DNA of 64,000 bases, from the IMG/VR virus record IMGVR_UViG_3300035698_032497, one strand, 5' to 3'. A model generated the notes under the pieces. It searched no databases. It was not told where the DNA came from and worked only from the letters and a program-made list of their open reading frames with translations. Source of the DNA: a virus (taxonomy: Duplodnaviria > Heunggongvirae > Uroviricota > Caudoviricetes). The position numbers and the translations under genes were made by a program. Each line of letters begins with the position of its first letter. Position 1 is the stretch's first letter. This document shows, piece by piece, positions 18,593-27,284 of the stretch.

Positions 18593-19261
18593 ATGGATCG
18601 AGCGTACAAGACGGTGGATCTCGAGGTCGAGGTGGTCTGGTCCGGAAGGGCCGTCCACAAGGTGTCCGTAGCTGTTCCTGAGGACTGGGATCTGGAGATG
18701 GCAGCCAGGCACGCGGAGAAGTATGCCGACGAGTTCGAGGTCCATATGGATGACACGAATCTGCAGTCATCGTTCAGGGTCAGGCCGATCGGGGACTCGG
18801 CCTCGAGCCATACGGACATGCAGCTCGACGAGACGGGTGTCAGCGCTCATGACCCATGGCCATTGTTCGTCGAAGATCCACCAACCGAGGACCGCTGGTT
18901 CTCTTGGCGTGAGCGCCGCTGGAGTACCAACGGGATCGCTCTGGTGAGGGCGGACGCTCCTCGGCCGATCGGGTTCTGGGTCAACGGCGATCCGAGCTCG
19001 GTCTGGATGGGACGACATCCGGAAATACTGGAGGCCACGGTCAAGACTATCGATGGTGCCCAGCCGCTGCGCTGGATCGGGACCAGGAGCCCGGGGCGCT
19101 CTGTTCTCCAGGGCGATGATGGGTCCATAGTCCTGGTAGACAGCAGGCTGTCGTTTTTGGTCAGGGCTTGTGTTCTCGTGAGCCTGGGCCCGTGCTGTCC
19201 TATCGAGTGTCGGCTCGTGGGAGAGGTCGTCGCGTACGTGATGCCCTGTCGTGACGACTGA
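18593..19261 (+). CDS. hypothetical protein
   Basis: Start trimmed to the first ATG after the divergent gene's end. Confidence 0.5.
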   Translation: MDRAYKTVDLEVEVVWSGRAVHKVSVAVPEDWDLEMAARHAEKYADEFEVHMDDTNLQSSFRVRPIGDSASSHTDMQLDETGVSAHDPWPLFVEDPPTEDRWFSWRERRWSTNGIALVRADAPRPIGFWVNGDPSSVWMGRHPEILEATVKTIDGAQPLRWIGTRSPGRSVLQGDDGSIVLVDSRLSFLVRACVLVSLGPCCPIECRLVGEVVAYVMPCRDD

Positions 19262-19298
19262 CGTCGTGCTATGCTCTGCTGGACAGGAGGCTTCAGCC

Positions 19299-19676
19299 AT
19301 GAGCTCAGTCCAGCAATCGGCTTCTACTCTCTCTTCGAAGTTCGGGGTCAGGCCCAGCAATGTCCAGGGGACAGATCTGTGGGGTGCGCTGGTCCAGGAC
19401 GGATCGCACGTCACCAACGAGGTCAAGCTGGTAGCGCAGCAGATCGCCCAGTCCTCTGGCGGCCACATCGCTGCGGTCACGGTTCCGTGGAGCGGTGGCC
19501 AGAGATTTGTTGGTTTCTCGTCCGATCCCGAAGCACAGCGTGCGGCGCTGGCGAACCAGGGAAAGACGCTGGATAGACTGGATCTGGTCAAGACCTATGG
19601 CGATGGGCCTCTCTACGGTGGATCGTGGACCTGTGTCGGTGACGACTGCCTGACACCGTGGGGGACACCGAAGTAG
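19299..19676 (+). CDS. hypothetical protein
   Basis: AGGAGG RBS. Confidence 0.45.
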   Translation: MSSVQQSASTLSSKFGVRPSNVQGTDLWGALVQDGSHVTNEVKLVAQQIAQSSGGHIAAVTVPWSGGQRFVGFSSDPEAQRAALANQGKTLDRLDLVKTYGDGPLYGGSWTCVGDDCLTPWGTPK

Positions 19677-19699
19677 AGTTGTGATTTACGCCCGTCTTC

Positions 19700-19728
19700 T
19701 TGCTACCGCCAGTGGAGCATGATAAGTG
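19700..19728 (+). promoter_or_regulatory. class-A promoter TTGCTA-17-(TG)ATAAGTG
   Basis: TTGCTACCGCCAGTGGAGCATGATAAGTG. Confidence 0.55.
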
Positions 19729-19753
19729 ACGGCCTCGAGCGAGGAGGCCGGAG

Positions 19754-19978
19754 ATGCGGTTCGACCCGACACCACCAGGCCAGGAGCATGATTCGTGCGG
19801 ATGGATCCTGGGAACGTCATTTGTCGGATTGATATTTTTCGGCGCTTGGGGGCTCATCCAGTGGAGGACGACAGGGAAGGTCGATCTCTGTGACGACCTG
19901 TGGTCATGGGGCTTCATGTTGTGCGTCATCGTGTTCGTCAGCCCTGTCCTATTGCCGCTGCTGTCAGGAGAGGAGTGA
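19754..19978 (+). CDS. small membrane protein
   Basis: GAGGAGG RBS; 2 predicted TM helices. Confidence 0.45.
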   Translation: MRFDPTPPGQEHDSCGWILGTSFVGLIFFGAWGLIQWRTTGKVDLCDDLWSWGFMLCVIVFVSPVLLPLLSGEE

Positions 19979-20004
19979 CAATCTCTGCTGACATGTGATA
20001 TGCA
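19976..20004 (+). promoter_or_regulatory. sigma70-like promoter TGACAA-17-(TG)TGATATGCA
   Basis: Variant of the family lacking the full palindrome. Confidence 0.4.
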
Positions 20005-20022
20005 GTCCACAGGAGGTTCTCC

Positions 20023-20385
20023 ATGCGAAGAGAAGACCGCGACAGCCTACGGGCAGAGCTCGAAGAGAAGGTGGTGTACCCGTGGAAGGTTCATCCAGTC
20101 GGACCGGGAGCCGGAAAGGAGTCTGGCATGGCGTGGCTCGGTGAGTTCAAGGAGAACGGCGTACAGCTGATGAACCAGCACTCGGACGTCATCCGCTTGA
20201 TCGGGGTCGTCGCCGAGGTGAAGCGCGCAGACAGGATGATCCGTGTGTTCTTCCAGGGAGCGTACCGGCTCAGCCTCGGGAGTGGCCCGTACAAGGGGCG
20301 CGGGTGGCAGCGCAAGGCTGTCGACGCGATGTTGAAGGCTGTTGTCGAGGTCGATCGCCTGCGCGCGATCGACTGCGACCAATAG
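20023..20385 (+). CDS. hypothetical protein
   Basis: AGGAGG RBS. Confidence 0.5.
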   Translation: MRREDRDSLRAELEEKVVYPWKVHPVGPGAGKESGMAWLGEFKENGVQLMNQHSDVIRLIGVVAEVKRADRMIRVFFQGAYRLSLGSGPYKGRGWQRKAVDAMLKAVVEVDRLRAIDCDQ

Positions 20386-20404
20386 ACTATCGCGCCTATA
20401 TAGC

Positions 20405-20433
20405 TTGCTACGTCCAGTAGCAGGTGATATGCT
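20405..20433 (+). promoter_or_regulatory. class-A promoter TTGCTA-17-(TG)ATATGCT
   Basis: TTGCTACGTCCAGTAGCAGGTGATATGCT. Confidence 0.6.
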
Positions 20434-20486
20434 CTTCTCGATGATGACGACCCGCAACGGGCCTGTCGAGCTCGCGAGGAGAGACG

Positions 20487-21182
20487 ATGGTCGAGGCCCT
20501 GAGGACGATTCGGGTAGATGAGATCGTCTGCGAGCTGCGCGTGGACGAGGGAAGGTATGTTTTTTATGGGCCGAGGGGCTGTTTGAGTATGGCTCGTGGG
20601 CCGGGCGAGATCGGAGACGACAGCCTCGATGCTCATTGGGACGCCTTCGTTCGATCCCAGGGGCTCTCGGTCTTGTGCCTCGGCCAGGACGTCGACGTCG
20701 TAGCCAACAACGGATCGCGTGAAGGCGTCGTGCTCTCTGTGATCGATGACAAGGTCATCGTCGAGTACTCGATGCCCTGTGGGTCGACCTCTCTTCGTGT
20801 CGTAGACAGGGTCATGGCAGAGGGCCCCATAGATACTGGGCGCAGCCTCAGCTACTGGTCTGTTCCGAACAAGTGGCTGTCGAAGATGGTCGAGGACGCG
20901 GTGGAATGGTCGGGCAGGCCGCAGCAGTCTCCCAGAGCTCTCCGTCCGTCGGAGATGATGATCTGGAAACGAGCCAGGGCGAGGTTGGGCTTCGGGCACA
21001 CTGTCGTCAGGCCGGTATCGTCCGTGGAGAACGATTCCGGGTTCGGGGTCGTGTTTCACGGCCCGACACTGAACGTCAGCGTCAGGAGTCCAGCGAGGGT
21101 TCTCTCTTCGTGCGGGTTCGAGGTCGTAGAAAAGAAGCCAGATGGCTGGCAGACGTGGCGCTATGTCGGAGATGAAGAATGA
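20487..21182 (+). CDS. hypothetical protein
   Basis: GAGGAGAG RBS. Confidence 0.5.
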   Translation: MVEALRTIRVDEIVCELRVDEGRYVFYGPRGCLSMARGPGEIGDDSLDAHWDAFVRSQGLSVLCLGQDVDVVANNGSREGVVLSVIDDKVIVEYSMPCGSTSLRVVDRVMAEGPIDTGRSLSYWSVPNKWLSKMVEDAVEWSGRPQQSPRALRPSEMMIWKRARARLGFGHTVVRPVSSVENDSGFGVVFHGPTLNVSVRSPARVLSSCGFEVVEKKPDGWQTWRYVGDEE

Positions 21183-21676
21183 TGGATCGGCAGGCTCCAG
21201 GTTCCGAATGGACGGGCACCCACACCGGGCCACGGGTGTGCACGTGGGTTGATGGCAGATATGTGTTGAACAGGTACAGGCACGCGACCTATCGCTGGTC
21301 CGTGCACCTGATCTCGACCACGATCCCCGGGCTGATGTTGTCGATCATGCCGGATGGCCGAACGAGCCGCGAGGTGGAGCTGTTCGACTCCATGGAGGAG
21401 GTGCTCTCCGCTATAGGGGCCAGAGAGAGCTACGAGCTCGAGGCGTTGGGCATGATGAGGGATCTGTCGGCTCTCGAGTCCCGCTGGCACGATGCTGAAC
21501 GCTCCGTGGTCGACGCACAGCAGCCTGGCGCCGAGTTGGCGATGTTGCCGGAGCTGGACAGGGTGGCTCACGAGCTGTACCGGGAACATGACCAGGCAAA
21601 GCGGGACATTCGTCCACATCTACAGGAGCTCGCGTTGACACACGATGAAATCCTTGCCACTGTCAGTGGAGGGTGA
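21179..21676 (+). CDS. hypothetical protein
   Basis: ATGA-type overlap with the upstream stop. Confidence 0.5.
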   Translation: MMDRQAPGSEWTGTHTGPRVCTWVDGRYVLNRYRHATYRWSVHLISTTIPGLMLSIMPDGRTSREVELFDSMEEVLSAIGARESYELEALGMMRDLSALESRWHDAERSVVDAQQPGAELAMLPELDRVAHELYREHDQAKRDIRPHLQELALTHDEILATVSGG

Positions 21677-21682
21677 TAGCTT
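21654..21682 (+). promoter_or_regulatory. class-A promoter TTGCCA-17-(TG)ATAGCTT
   Basis: TTGCCACTGTCAGTGGAGGGTGATAGCTT. Confidence 0.6.
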
Positions 21683-21708
21683 ACGCAGGTAAGGAACGAG
21701 GAGCCCTG

Positions 21709-22677
21709 ATGTCAACGATGAAGCAGATGCTGCGCGACAGCGAGACTCGTCTCGACAAGCGTCGACGTGATCTCGAGAGTCAGATCGAGAACATGGCGTA
21801 CAGATCTGGGACCCGTGATCCAGAGACGAGCATCGCTATTCTCGAGGCAAAGCAGAGACTGCTCGAGCTCGAGCTCGATCACCGCAAGGTCTTGTCGGCC
21901 GAAGCCATAATCGAGGCGACAGGACAAGGTGGACAAGCGTCGGGAGCCGGCATCAGGGAGCCCCGAACCATGACAGCCATGGCACGAGAGACCCAGAAGC
22001 GTATGCTGATGGATGCGCTCGGCGATCGTCGGACCCAGACCGTCGAGGAAGCGCTGAAGAACGGGCTCGACAAGCCTGGTGTTGGCGATCCTTCCAGCAG
22101 GGCTATCGCAGAGGCCGTCGCCAAGGATCATCTCGCGGATGTCGGGATGCACTATTCCGACGAGGATGTCGAGGAGGCCGTGGCCCCGCTCCGTGGAACG
22201 GCCGCAGAGGTGAGCAGCGGTGTGCGCACCATGCGTGCGATGGCCAATGCCGGAAAGCATGGAGCTCAGGTCGCTGCCGCGGCTGCTGCCAACAAGGAGC
22301 TGGTGGATCTGGTCAAGAGCTTGGCCGGGGACAGCTGGCCAGCGTTCCTCGACACCCCCGTCGGGCGATCCATCGCAGAGCTGGCGATGCCGTCCGTTCT
22401 GCTTCACCTGGTCCACACCTATCCCGACACGATACCGCAGGGAGATCTGGTCTCCCACGGCTGTGAGCTGGCCGTCGAGGCCGTCTCGAGGGACACCATC
22501 GAGCCGCTGCTGCACATGATCGTGCCTTTCACGAAGAAGCTGGCACAGGCTGGATCTTCCGTCATGGCGTCCGAGATGGACAGGGTGAGAGGGCACCTCG
22601 ATGTTCTCGATGAGCCCGAACTGGAGCCTGTTCGTGAGCCTGTCTGTGAGCGTGCGACGAAGCGTGAGGAGGCATGA
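21709..22677 (+). CDS. hypothetical protein (tandem paralog A)
   Basis: C-terminal ~130 aa are homologous to the next gene (…AAAAANKELVDLV…GCELA[V/L]EAVSRD…EPL…). Confidence 0.55.
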   Translation: MSTMKQMLRDSETRLDKRRRDLESQIENMAYRSGTRDPETSIAILEAKQRLLELELDHRKVLSAEAIIEATGQGGQASGAGIREPRTMTAMARETQKRMLMDALGDRRTQTVEEALKNGLDKPGVGDPSSRAIAEAVAKDHLADVGMHYSDEDVEEAVAPLRGTAAEVSSGVRTMRAMANAGKHGAQVAAAAAANKELVDLVKSLAGDSWPAFLDTPVGRSIAELAMPSVLLHLVHTYPDTIPQGDLVSHGCELAVEAVSRDTIEPLLHMIVPFTKKLAQAGSSVMASEMDRVRGHLDVLDEPELEPVREPVCERATKREEA

Positions 22678-23495
22678 TGTCCACTGGTAACGACTTCAGG
22701 AGCAGGTTGGCCAGGGCGATCGAGAAGTCCAACGAGAGAGGAGATCACGCTCAGGCTGAGGTCTTGAAGAGAATCCTGATGGGCGCTTCTCCGTCCGGGC
22801 CCGTTGCCGGTCCCGATCCGGTGAAGACCAAGTCGGGGTACGGAACCACGTACACGAGGGCCAAGAGCCCGTCTCCAGACCCAGAAGTTCCGGCCGATGA
22901 GGCGCAGATCGATTCGAAAGAGAGTGAGAAACACGAACCGGACGAGCGTGAGCCGTCCAGACCCGAGGAGGGAGAGATGAGCGAGGACCAAGAGAGGAGC
23001 GCAGCGCGCAACACGCTGTCGGTGCTGGCCCGGGCCGGCGTGCATGGAACCAAGGTCGCAGCCGCGGCCGCAGCCAACAAGGAGCTGGTGGACCTGGTCG
23101 AGGGACTGCTCGGTGAGCACTACCCCGATCTGATGCGCACCAAGGTCGGGCGCCCCGTCGCCGAGCTGATCACGCCGCTGGTGCTGCTGCAGCTGTCCAA
23201 CATGTTCCCGGAGCGGATCCCGAAGGTGGAGCATGTCCAGAAGGGCTGCGAGCTGGCGCTGGAGGCCGTCTCCAGGGACAGCCTCGAGCCGCTGATGCGT
23301 GCGATCGTTCCGTTGTCCGGCAAGATGGCGAAGATCGGTGCGCAGTACATGAGCGACTCGGTCCAGAAGGCTCGGTCGTCCAGGGATCCCGCCATCGAGC
23401 AGATCATCGAGGACGCAGACGAGATCGATGAGAAGGGGATGGAGAAGCTCCGGGAAGAGGCCAGGCGGTACCGCGAGGGCTTGGCCAGCGAGTAG
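22674..23495 (+). CDS. hypothetical protein (tandem paralog B)
   Basis: Shares a C-terminal domain with 21709..22677; start overlaps the upstream stop. Confidence 0.55.
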   Translation: MMSTGNDFRSRLARAIEKSNERGDHAQAEVLKRILMGASPSGPVAGPDPVKTKSGYGTTYTRAKSPSPDPEVPADEAQIDSKESEKHEPDEREPSRPEEGEMSEDQERSAARNTLSVLARAGVHGTKVAAAAAANKELVDLVEGLLGEHYPDLMRTKVGRPVAELITPLVLLQLSNMFPERIPKVEHVQKGCELALEAVSRDSLEPLMRAIVPLSGKMAKIGAQYMSDSVQKARSSRDPAIEQIIEDADEIDEKGMEKLREEARRYREGLASE

Positions 23496-23502
23496 CCGTG
23501 GT

Positions 23503-24390
23503 ATGGCTAAGCGCAGCGATCATGCCTTTCCTCCGGGATACGAGCACCTGAGGGCCGAGGTCTCGAGGATCGAGGGCACGCTGTCTTCGATCGGCGCGGT
23601 CTACCGAGGGTGCAACGCCGAGCAGATCGGGTACGCGATCGCCGAAGCAGGCGATCGCGGCTCCGGCGGGTACGTGCTCGATCTGGACGACTCTGGCGAG
23701 CTGGTGCTGCCAGACGTGAGCTTGCCGTCGGGTAAGCGTCTCTTGGAGATCCGTGAGGAGCTGTCCGACTGTGCCCGCTGTGGTCTCGGAGAACGTAGAG
23801 ACAAAGTGGGCGGGAAGATTGTTTTCGGGTCTGGATCTTCTACGTCGAGCCTGGTGATCATCGGTGAGGCTCCCGGGAAGAGAGAGGAGGGGACGGGGGA
23901 GCCATTTGTGGGGCCTGCCGGTGAGATGCTCGATCGCATGTTGCAGCGGATGCTCGGGCTGTCACGCCAGGACGTCTACGTGATCAACGTGCTGAAGTGT
24001 CGCCCAGAGATGAACCGGGACCCGAACGCGGACGAGATGAGCGCCTGCCGTCCTTTTTTGGATGCGCAGCTATCCATCGTCGCCCCGAAGGTCATCTTGA
24101 CCCTCGGGGCGGTGGCGATCAGGGCGCTGATGGGTCGCAGTGGAGGGATCCATGGGTTCCGAGAGAAGGGCTGGTTCGTATACCGTGGGGTGCTCGTCAA
24201 GCCGACGTTCCACCCGTCCTACCTGCTGAGGCTCGAGGGGCCCGGTAAGAGCGCGGTCGAAACTACCGAGCGCCGGAAGAATGAGCTCATCGAGAAGGGC
24301 CGCGTCAAGCGGGACCTCGAGGCGGTGAAGGATGTGCTGTCCAGGGACCGATATCGCCAACGTCTCATCGATGTTCATTCCAAGACTTGA
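23503..24390 (+). CDS. uracil-DNA glycosylase, family 4, with N-terminal extension
   Basis: Motif A IIGEAPGKRE and motif B TFHPSYLLR, plus CxxC. Confidence 0.8.
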   Translation: MAKRSDHAFPPGYEHLRAEVSRIEGTLSSIGAVYRGCNAEQIGYAIAEAGDRGSGGYVLDLDDSGELVLPDVSLPSGKRLLEIREELSDCARCGLGERRDKVGGKIVFGSGSSTSSLVIIGEAPGKREEGTGEPFVGPAGEMLDRMLQRMLGLSRQDVYVINVLKCRPEMNRDPNADEMSACRPFLDAQLSIVAPKVILTLGAVAIRALMGRSGGIHGFREKGWFVYRGVLVKPTFHPSYLLRLEGPGKSAVETTERRKNELIEKGRVKRDLEAVKDVLSRDRYRQRLIDVHSKT

Positions 24391-24415
24391 CGTGCCACTG
24401 GTGGTGGCATACAGT
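24387..24415 (+). promoter_or_regulatory. promoter TTGACG-17-TACAGT with spacer palindrome GCCAC-TGGTG-GTGGC
   Basis: TTGACGTGCCACTGGTGGTGGCATACAGT. Confidence 0.5.
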
Positions 24416-24535
24416 TCATGCACGAGGCGGCCAGAGGGCTCTGTGGCTCTCACCTTCTGCGGAGGCGTAGAAGGTCCCTCCTGTCCCGAGTAGAACAGTA
24501 CTTTCCGGCCCCTCGCCTTTTCATCCGGAGAACCC

Positions 24536-25015
24536 ATGATCGATCGAGCATCCAGCACCTTCAATCAGCAACGTGAGCTCGTGCTCACGCTCGCCATCGA
24601 CATGGCGATGTGCGCTGGGAGGAAGTGTGAGCTCAGCTCTCGCCCATGGAAGGATCCGGAACACACCGAAGCCCGGGCCAGGCTCGGGTCCGCCAGGTCA
24701 GCGCTGGTACGGGCAGCCAAGAAGCTGGACAACATGCAGCGGGGTATCGACAAGAGAGCCCTGAAGAACGGCGTGACCAAGCCTGGCGTGTGGCTGCTTC
24801 CGATGCCGCCTGGCGAGGCACGAAAGATTCCCGCCATCAAGCTGCTGCGCCACCTGACCGGCATGTTCCTCAAGGAGGCCAAGCTGGCGGTGGAGAGTAG
24901 GTCCCCGATCATGCTGTCCGCCGATCCAGACAGGATGGCCCACTTCGTGTTGTCTCTGTCCGTTTTGCAGCTGGACGGCAAGGAAGAGATCATGCCGATG
25001 GTCGTTGTCCGTTGA
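24536..25015 (+). CDS. hypothetical protein
   Basis: GGAG RBS. Confidence 0.5.
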   Translation: MIDRASSTFNQQRELVLTLAIDMAMCAGRKCELSSRPWKDPEHTEARARLGSARSALVRAAKKLDNMQRGIDKRALKNGVTKPGVWLLPMPPGEARKIPAIKLLRHLTGMFLKEAKLAVESRSPIMLSADPDRMAHFVLSLSVLQLDGKEEIMPMVVVR

Positions 25016-26298
25016 GCAGCGTGCAGCCGAGCCCAGATCAGAAGATCGCCCTGGACACCCTGCACAAAGGGGTGATGCTGGGCCAGCGAGTGATGGTGCT
25101 GACGGGTCCGGCCGGGAGCGGCAAGTCCACCCTGGTGGACTTGCTCGAGAAGCGCTTGATGGAATCCAAGAGGCCCGTCGCCTACATGGCGCCGACAGGC
25201 AAAGCCGCGAGCAGGCTCAAAGAGATCACGAACAGGCCTGTCTCCACGGTCCACTCCAGGCTGTACAAGGGTGTCGGCCAGAGGGGTGACGGCGGGGTGT
25301 CCTTCTTCAATCCGGTCCAGATCTGCCTTCCCGGCGAGGTGCTGATCTGTGATGAGGCCAGCTTCGTGGACTCTACGCTCGGATCCGACATCGAGAGCAA
25401 CCTTCCGCGGGGCTCGACCCTGATCTATGTCGGCGATCGTGAGCAGCTGCCTCCGGTGAGCGGGAAGGGCTGGGGCCCGAACTTCGACAAGCCGGACGCT
25501 GTCCTGACAGAGATCCACCGACAGAGCTCTGGGAACCCCATCCTGCAGATCTCTTCCGAGATCAGGAAGGGCGGGAGGCTTCCCGAGGAGAGCATGGAGC
25601 CGTGGTTCGTGCGCAGGAAAGGGTCGCTGTCCGATGTCGCGGCCTGGGCGGTTCAGAACATGGAGAAAGGCATCGACGTCTCCGTGATCTGCTACACCAA
25701 CAAGGCGGTAGCTGGCCTGAACAGGCTCATCCGCCAGATGCTGGGCCATCGTTCGCTCGGCCCGGTCGTTGTCGGCGAGAAACTATTGTGCCGGCACAAC
25801 AACAAGGACCTGGGCCGCATGAACGGTGAGGCGCTGACGGTCCTCGAGATCCAGGAAAGCTTCCAGAACATGTGGGACTCCGAGTGGCCTGCAGGTAGCA
25901 AGCGTCGGGGGTACGCGAAGGAGTGGTACGGAGACTTCTCCAAGGCCCAGATGGGCGCCATTCGTGTCAACGTGTCCGGAACCGGGATCGACCATGGCCT
26001 CGCATGGATCTGTCCCGATCTCATCGGGTCTCCCTACTACCCAGACTTCACGGGGTTCTCGCGTGGCCTACGCCTGCTGACCAGGAAGCACTTCCTACAT
26101 GTGGACTACGGCTACGCCATCACCTACCATCGGTCCCAGGGCTCACAGTGGCCTCTGGTCGGTATTGTGCTCGACGACGCGATGCAGTGGAGAGGGTGTC
26201 AGACCGTCGAGAACGCGACGATGATGCGCAGGATGCTGTACACCGGGATCACTCGGACCAGGGACGCAGCATGGGTCTGGGACACCAGGAGACGGTGA
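25012..26298 (+). CDS. RecD/Dda-like SF1 DNA helicase
   Basis: Walker A LTGPAGSGKST; YAITYHRSQGSQW (RecD motif VI-like). Confidence 0.8.
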   Translation: MSSVQPSPDQKIALDTLHKGVMLGQRVMVLTGPAGSGKSTLVDLLEKRLMESKRPVAYMAPTGKAASRLKEITNRPVSTVHSRLYKGVGQRGDGGVSFFNPVQICLPGEVLICDEASFVDSTLGSDIESNLPRGSTLIYVGDREQLPPVSGKGWGPNFDKPDAVLTEIHRQSSGNPILQISSEIRKGGRLPEESMEPWFVRRKGSLSDVAAWAVQNMEKGIDVSVICYTNKAVAGLNRLIRQMLGHRSLGPVVVGEKLLCRHNNKDLGRMNGEALTVLEIQESFQNMWDSEWPAGSKRRGYAKEWYGDFSKAQMGAIRVNVSGTGIDHGLAWICPDLIGSPYYPDFTGFSRGLRLLTRKHFLHVDYGYAITYHRSQGSQWPLVGIVLDDAMQWRGCQTVENATMMRRMLYTGITRTRDAAWVWDTRRR

Positions 26299-26345
26299 CG
26301 TCGTAGGTGTTGTTCCACCCCTGGTAGAAAAAAACCACCATTTCC

Positions 26346-26372
26346 TTGACGCCACATGGGGCTCCAGATAGT
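26346..26372 (+). promoter_or_regulatory. promoter TTGACG-(15-17)-TAGTCT, candidate for tRNA array 1
   Basis: Family-like -35/-10 about 290 nt upstream of the first tRNA; coordinates ±2. Confidence 0.35.
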
Positions 26373-26537
26373 CTTGTCACGTGAGCCCGACGTTTCAGCG
26401 GGCAGAGAGACTCATGAACCCTGTCATCGCCACCACCTGTTCATCGTTTAGCAGCTTGCTCTCCAGCAGCTGGCTGCTCTACGTGCAGTCGGAGGTGGCT
26501 TCGTAGGTTCGGACTCAATCCCGCCCAGACGAATGTT

Positions 26538-26580
26538 AGCCCCCTCCGGCCCCCCGCCGCGAGGGGGCTTCCTCGTGTCT
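26538..26580 (+). terminator. GC-rich hairpin (9-bp stem AGCCCCCTC/GAGGGGGCT) followed by a T-rich tract
   Basis: Sits between the helicase gene and tRNA array 1. Confidence 0.4.
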
Positions 26581-26662
26581 GGTCTTGTTCTTTGACATCG
26601 CAACATCGTGCAGAAGATGGATTTCATCGATCGATCGATAGGATCGATCGTGTTCTGCATCT

Positions 26663-26750
26663 GTGCCTGGGTGTCGGAGCTGGTATACGAGCTGGCGTCA
26701 AATCCCAGTGACCGCAAGGTCGTGGGGGTTCGAGTCCCCCCTCAGGCACC
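26663..26750 (+). tRNA. atypical type-II tRNA, probably tRNA-Leu(CAA)
   Basis: 7-bp acceptor GTGCCTG/CAGGCAC, T-loop GGTTCGAGTCC, long variable hairpin. The anticodon region GCGTCAAATCCC has a mismatch next to the loop and resembles the tRNA-Sec UCAAAUCC arm. Confidence 0.5.
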
Positions 26751-26756
26751 ATCCGT

Positions 26757-26848
26757 GGGTAAGTGGCATCTGCTGGTATAGGGTGCGTCGGGCTGTAAAC
26801 CCGGAGCCAATGTGGCCGTCGGGGGTTCGATTCCCTCCTTACCCACCA
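26757..26848 (+). tRNA. tRNA-Tyr(GTA), type II
   Basis: Acceptor GGGTAAG/CTTACCC, anticodon loop CTGTAAA, long variable arm, CCA encoded. Confidence 0.8.
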
Positions 26849-26918
26849 TTTTTTCGTTGATCGTACAGCGTAGCGCTCCGAGCTCTGGCTCGTTGAGCGA
26901 CGTTGTGCGTACACATCA

Positions 26919-27006
26919 GGAGACGTGGTCGAGCGGCCGAAGGCACCCGCTTGGAAAGCGGGTAGGGCAACCACCCTCGCGAGTTCGAATCTCGCCGTCT
27001 CCGCCA
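26919..27006 (+). tRNA. tRNA-Ser(GGA)
   Basis: GGAGACG…CGTCTCC-G-CCA; anticodon loop TTGGAAA; long variable arm. Confidence 0.85.
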
Positions 27007-27100
27007 TTTCATGCGGACCGGGCCCGCAGCCAACAGCCAACAGCCAACAGCCAACAGCTGCTCGCTGCGCTCGCTGGCCATAGACACTGTTCGTTTTTCT
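27007..27100 (+). repeat. spacer repeat A containing (CAACAGC)x4 heptad tandem repeat (27031..27058)
   Basis: Re-used with divergence at 27544..27646 between the second Ser-tRNA pair. Confidence 0.7.
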
Positions 27101-27188
27101 GGAGGCGTGGCCGAGCGGCTGAAGGCACTCGCCTGCTAAGCGAGTACGGTTCACACCGTCGAGGGTTCGAATCCCTCCGCCTCTTCCA
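27101..27188 (+). tRNA. tRNA-Ser(GCT)
   Basis: Anticodon loop CTGCTAA; acceptor GGAGGCG/CGCCTCT; CCA encoded. Confidence 0.85.
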
Positions 27189-27202
27189 TTTTCGAGTTTA
27201 GC

Positions 27203-27280
27203 GGGACTGTAGCTCAGACGGTAGTAGCACCGGACTGAAAATCCGGCATGACGGCGGTTCGATTCCGCCCGGTCCCACCA
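27203..27280 (+). tRNA. tRNA-Phe(GAA)
   Basis: Anticodon loop CTGAAAA; T-loop GGTTCGATTCC. Confidence 0.8.
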
Positions 27281-27284
27281 CCTT

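Noticed and set aside
20091-21233. 380-aa minus ORF spanning several small plus-strand genes
   Set aside because: Low complexity. It crosses three plus-strand genes that each have a promoter and RBS.
24565-25749. 394-aa minus ORF opposite the helicase
   Set aside because: The Walker A and RecD motifs are on the plus frame. The minus translation is R/L/P-rich.
26663-26750. Reading the first tRNA as a genuine selenocysteine tRNA
   Set aside because: The acceptor stem is 7 bp rather than 8, the D-arm is not 6 bp, and no selA/selB/SECIS context exists. A Leu(CAA) or degenerate reading is more parsimonious.
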